Part shown: one piece after another, positions 63,366-64,000 of the stretch | Layout of the letters: each line of letters begins with the position of its first letter | Position numbering within the stretch: position 1 is the stretch's first letter | NCBI RefSeq assembly: GCF_037042905.1 | Contig: NW_026974140.1 | Location: 1 to 64,000 of the forward strand | DNA: 64,000 nucleotides | Source: Lytechinus pictus | Taxonomy: Eukaryota | Direction: 5' to 3' | Notes under the pieces: model-generated | Seen by the model: only the letters and a program-made list of their open reading frames with translations | The model's database searches: none | Told to the model about the DNA's origin: nothing | Program-made: the position numbers and the translations under genes

Positions 63366-64000
63366 TTAAATCACTTCCATTGAAACATGTACAAATTATT
63401 TGGGATTTTTTTATTGTTTGTGGCAGTTTTACTTTTTAAATTCAAAAGATTTTACCAACTTTATATCATGAGAACAGGAATAAATCCTTCATATCTACTC
63501 AGAACAATCGAAATCAAATCAATGAAATCAAGTCAATCTTGCAAAACCAATAATGAACATGTAGCCTACATTATATGCGACCCCTACTCAACTTGTATGT
63601 ATGAGTAGACTTTGTTAATAGTAAAACAAAGATCTTGTTTCTTTATGCCAAATTTCAAAAGTGTTTTAGAGGGCAGTTTTCAAGAAAGTAAAGGAACTCT
63701 GAACTTATTAGGCTGAATCTCAACATGATAGATTTTTGCCAGGATGGGTTATAACCATGGATCCTATACTAGAAAAAGCCTGTTCAGACATTCTGAGTAG
63801 GATTGTGCTTCATTCAGCCAGTTCACTGAAAAAGGTTCAGTAATTAAGTACATGTACATTTATTTTAAAATATGTATGAATGTTCTTGGCAAAGGGCACT
63901 AACATGACTAAATCATAACAACTATACATTTTAGTGCCCTTTGCCAAAAGGATTTATGTTTGTATATTTTTAAGTGAATATTTTGAATTGAGTACAATAA

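Overview
AT-rich eukaryotic repeat DNA with no intact protein-coding gene, RNA gene or CRISPR array that I can support. The repeat motifs suggest a marine invertebrate such as a sea urchin, but that is an inference. (1) 1-44540 is a very homogeneous satellite array that runs off the left edge. It has two monomers, a ~402-bp short unit (S, 45 copies) and a ~823-bp long unit (L, 32 copies plus a truncated last one), where L = S plus a 421-bp block. S and L alternate irregularly and form local higher-order repeats (periods 2854, 6129, 2450 and 3621 bp) in two sequence-variant domains that switch near 30.4 kb. (2) 44541-52759 is a nest of foldback/Mutator-like elements with 16-bp subterminal tandem repeats. 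One complete copy (44609-49611, 9-bp TSD CATTTATTT) sits in opposite orientation inside a second copy of the same composite family, giving an ~8-kb inverted repeat at the array border. Both copies carry the same hAT-like cargo, and each arm shows the empty site of a MITE present in the other. (3) 52760-56604 is a dead CR1/L2-group LINE (APE + RT remnants, 3' stem-loop, (GAATT)n tail). (4) 56605-64000 holds a minisatellite, Kolobok-, hAT- and Harbinger-type MITEs, pyrimidine tracts and small hairpins. The best lead is that the satellite may lie inside the second foldback copy, which predicts specific sequences at the far end of the array. All alignments and counts were done by eye and from the ORF track.
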